In this document: piece by piece, positions 60,709 through 64,000 of the stretch
How positions within the stretch are numbered: the stretch's first letter is position 1
How the letters are laid out: each line of letters starts with the position of its first letter
From: Eukaryota sp. TZLM1-RC
Taxonomy: Eukaryota > Protista > Metamonada: BaSk clade
Direction: 5' to 3'
Length of the DNA stretch: 64,000 nucleotides
Assembly (NCBI GenBank): GCA_040285825.1
Contig: JAUPSS010000006.1
Coordinates: forward strand, 682,001-746,000
Made by a program: the position numbers and the translations under genes
Notes under the pieces: model-generated
The model's database searches: none
The model's input: only the letters and a program-made list of their open reading frames with translations
What the model was told of the DNA's origin: nothing

Positions 60709-63700
60709 GTTTTATTCGTCACTTGAATTATTATCCATATAGTGAAATAAAATAGAATTTATAATTCATTATTTTTCTTAAACAATCACAATTGACAACA
60801 AAGTACATTTTACAACCAACACAATATGCTTATGTATATATAAACAAATGTGAAGACGTCCATTTTTCTATTGATACAAATATATCTTTATATAAATAAA
60901 AATCGGTGACTATAGGAAACTCCTTTCTTCAACAACACATGTTGTCAATTGACAATGAGTCCATTTCCTCTTACATAGCAAAATTTAGAGCATATCATTC
61001 AGAGTGGGCAGTGTTTTAAATTGACAACAAACCTGCTATTATATCTAGTTCCTATTCTTATTTTAAACATCATAACATTGTCATTCTTTTAAACCAAACA
61101 GTATCATTCATTTCTCCTATATCCTTATTACAACCTAATGCAATATATTTGTAGCTTTAAGCGTTGATATGGTATCAATAAATTAATGTTCATTTGTATT
61201 TGCTTTTACTATCTTTCAAGCAGTTATAACTGAATTGATTTCAAAGCCTGAATAGTTCCAGAAATTTCGGCCACATTTAAATGCATGATATAGTTGTTTC
61301 AACAATAGTAAAGGAAAGACGGAAAATTTGAATGTAATTTTGAAATTTGAGATTAAAGTTGAAAGCACTGTCGAGACATAATTGATTCAAGTGATTTACT
61401 CATTTCAAATAAATTGAGTCAAGTTGATTTTTAAATTAAATTCGATAATCAACGTGTCGTTGGTTTTTTGCCCCAAAAAAAACAAAAATGTAGTCAAAAA
61501 AATTAGTATCGTTAATTTTTTTCATATTATTTTATTTATCCCACCAAAAACAAACTACACGACAAGGTTAAAATTTTATGTCTTCATAATCTAAATTAGC
61601 CACGAAGAATTGACTGCAAGTTTTTCTTTCATAAAAGCGTCCAAGAGATAACAAATCTGAAGATATTAAGGGAACAACCCATTTGAAAAATGAAAAACCA
61701 TTCTGTTTTACCAAAAACTCCTCCAGTACGTTGTTTCACAATGTCAACAAAATCATCCAGAAAAGATAAAGCATGAGGTCCAAGCGTTCCAGGAAGGGAA
61801 ACTACAAATGGACAAATGACATAACGAGTATGCGATACTGCATTCAAGGATAACAATTTAACTGTATATTTGTCAATTTTGGCTTTTTCGGAAACAGTTA
61901 AGTGCTTTCTGCAATTTGATTGAGCCATTGATAGAAGAATCATTACATACCTCAGTAGATCTCACATCTGTAATAATGGTAGTGCCGTCAAGACCTTAAA
62001 GCATTAAATCACCTTTATTTCGACCAAACGAATTCAAAGTATCTTCATCAATCAAACGGAAAAGTAATGGTTCTAAATAGGACACACTTCTATGTGATAT
62101 TGACAAACAATAGAGTTGATCTCTTACCGCATCATGAACTTTTGAACGGAAAGTAGTGAAATGTTCACAATTGAATAAATGATCTGGAGAAAATTTTGAT
62201 TATTAAATTTTCAAATTATGAAGCATGTTATCAGGCCAACTCAAACAATAAAGGCGCATTGTACAAGAAAATTTTTATAAAGTTTTATTCATCAGTTGAA
62301 TTATTATCCATAGTGAAATAAAATAGAATTTATAATTCATTATTTTTCTTAAACAATCACAATTGACAACAACGTACATTTTACAACCAAAACAATAAGC
62401 TAATGTATAAATCACAAATATGAAAACGTCCATTTTTCTATTGATACAAATATATCTTTATATAAATAAAAATCGGTGACTATAGGAAACTCCTTTCTTC
62501 AACAACACATGTTGTCAATTGACAATGAGTCCATTTCCTCTTACATAGCAAAATTTAGAGCATATCATTCAGAGTGAGCAGTGTTTTAAATTGACAACAA
62601 ACCTGCTATTTTATCTAGTTCCTATTCTTATTTTAAACATCATAACATTGTCATTCTTTTAAACCAAACAGTATCATTCATTTCTCCTATATCATTATTA
62701 CAACCTAATGCAATATATTTGTAGCTTTAAGCGTTGATATGGTATCAATAAATTAATGTTCATTTGTATTTGCTTTTACTATCTTTCAAGCAGTTATAAC
62801 TGAATTGATTTCAAAGCCTGAATAGTTCCAGAAATTTCGGCCACATTTAAATGCATGATATAGTTGTTTCAACAATAGTAAAGGAAAGACGGAAAATTTG
62901 AATGTAATTTTGAAATTTGAGATTAAAGTTGAAAGCACTGTCGAGACATAATTGATTCAAGTGATTTACTCATTTCAAATAAATTGAGTCAAGTTGATTT
63001 TAAATTAAATTCGATAATCAACGTGTCGTTGGTTTTTTGCCCCAAAAAAAAACAAAAATGTAGTCAAAAAATTAGTATCGTTAATTTTTTTTCATATTAT
63101 TTTATTTATCCCACCAAAAACAAACTACACGACAAGGTTAAAATTTTATGTCTTCATAATCTAAATTAGCCACGAAGAATTGACTGCAAGTTTTTCTTTC
63201 ATAAAAGCGTCCAAGAGATAACAAATCTGAAGATATTAAGGGAACAACCCATTTGAAAAATGAAAAACCATTCTGTTTTACCAAAAACTCCTCCAGTACG
63301 TTGTTTCACAATGTCAACAAAATCATCCAGAAAAGATAAAGCATGAGGTCCAAGCGTTCCAGGAAGGGAAACTACAAATGGACAAATGACATAACGAGTA
63401 TGCGATACTGCATTCAAGGATAACAATTTAACTGTATATTTGTCAATTATGGCTTTTTCGGAAACAGTTAAGTGCTTCCTACAATTTGATTGAGCCATTG
63501 ATAGAAGAACCATTACATACCTCAGTAGATCTCACATCTGTAATAATGGTAGTACCTTCAAGACCTTAAAGCATTAAATCACCTCTATTTCGACCAAACG
63601 AATTCAAAGTATCTTCATCAATCAAACGGGAAAGTAATGGTTCTAAATAGGACACACTTCTATGTGATATTGACAAACAATAGAGTTGATCTCTTACCGC

Positions 63701-64000
63701 ATCATGAACTTTTGAACGGAAAGTAGTGAAATGTTCACAATTGAATAAATGATTTGGAGAAAATTTTGATTATTAAATTTTCAAATTATGAAGCATGTTA
63801 TCAGGCCAACTCAAACAATAAAGGCGCATTGTACAAGAAAATTTTTATAAAGTTTTATTCATCAGTTGAATTATTATCCATAGTGAAATAAAATAGAATT
63901 TATAATTCATTATTTTTCTTAAACAATCACAATTGACAACAAAGTACATTTTACAACCAAAACAATATGCTTATGTATATATAAACAAATGTGAAAACGT
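60709..64000 (-). repeat. Second tandem array of the ~1.57 kb RLE LINE family 2 unit (runs off the window)
   Basis: Unit starts at 60709, 62282 and 63852; ORFs 61629..61943 and 63199..63513. Confidence 0.9.

Noticed and set aside
75-63169. Numerous 60-150 aa ORFs in the track, e.g. 75..344, 5783..6055, 15864..16319 and 40970..41308
   Set aside because: They are antisense or off-frame shadows of retroelement or pseudogene sequence and carry no motifs.
1-64000. CRISPR arrays, tRNA/rRNA genes, telomeric repeats
   Set aside because: No regularly spaced short repeats with unique spacers, no recognisable structural RNA sequence and no telomere-like tandem motif were seen.

Overview
This is AT-rich eukaryotic repetitive DNA, probably heterochromatic and probably from a microbial eukaryote (inference). 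It contains no intact housekeeping gene, RNA gene or CRISPR array. It has four kinds of content. (1) Fragments of several Ty3/Gypsy LTR-retrotransposon families: gag with a CCHC knuckle, DTG/DSG proteases, RT, RNase H, DDE integrases with GPY/F and a compact chromodomain-like tail, short TG...CA LTRs and polypurine tracts (PPT). (2) Three families of restriction-like-endonuclease (RLE) non-LTR retrotransposons, one amplified as a ~1.57 kb tandem array. (3) A young 828-bp TRIM-like element with apparently identical 139-bp LTRs and a 4-bp target-site duplication (TSD). (4) A 7-10 kb segmental unit present three times: A ~2.8-9.8 kb, B ~33.3-44 kb, and C ~48-57.6 kb inverted. The most notable observation is that this unit carries decayed, collinear remnants of what looks like a SAMD9/SAMD9L-like antiviral STAND protein (SIR2-like region, P-loop NTPase, helical/TPR region, C-terminal OB-fold-like end). 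I recognised this by eye against the human SAMD9 sequence recalled from memory, so it needs HMM or structure confirmation. Boundaries of degenerate fragments and repeats are approximate unless exact bases are quoted.
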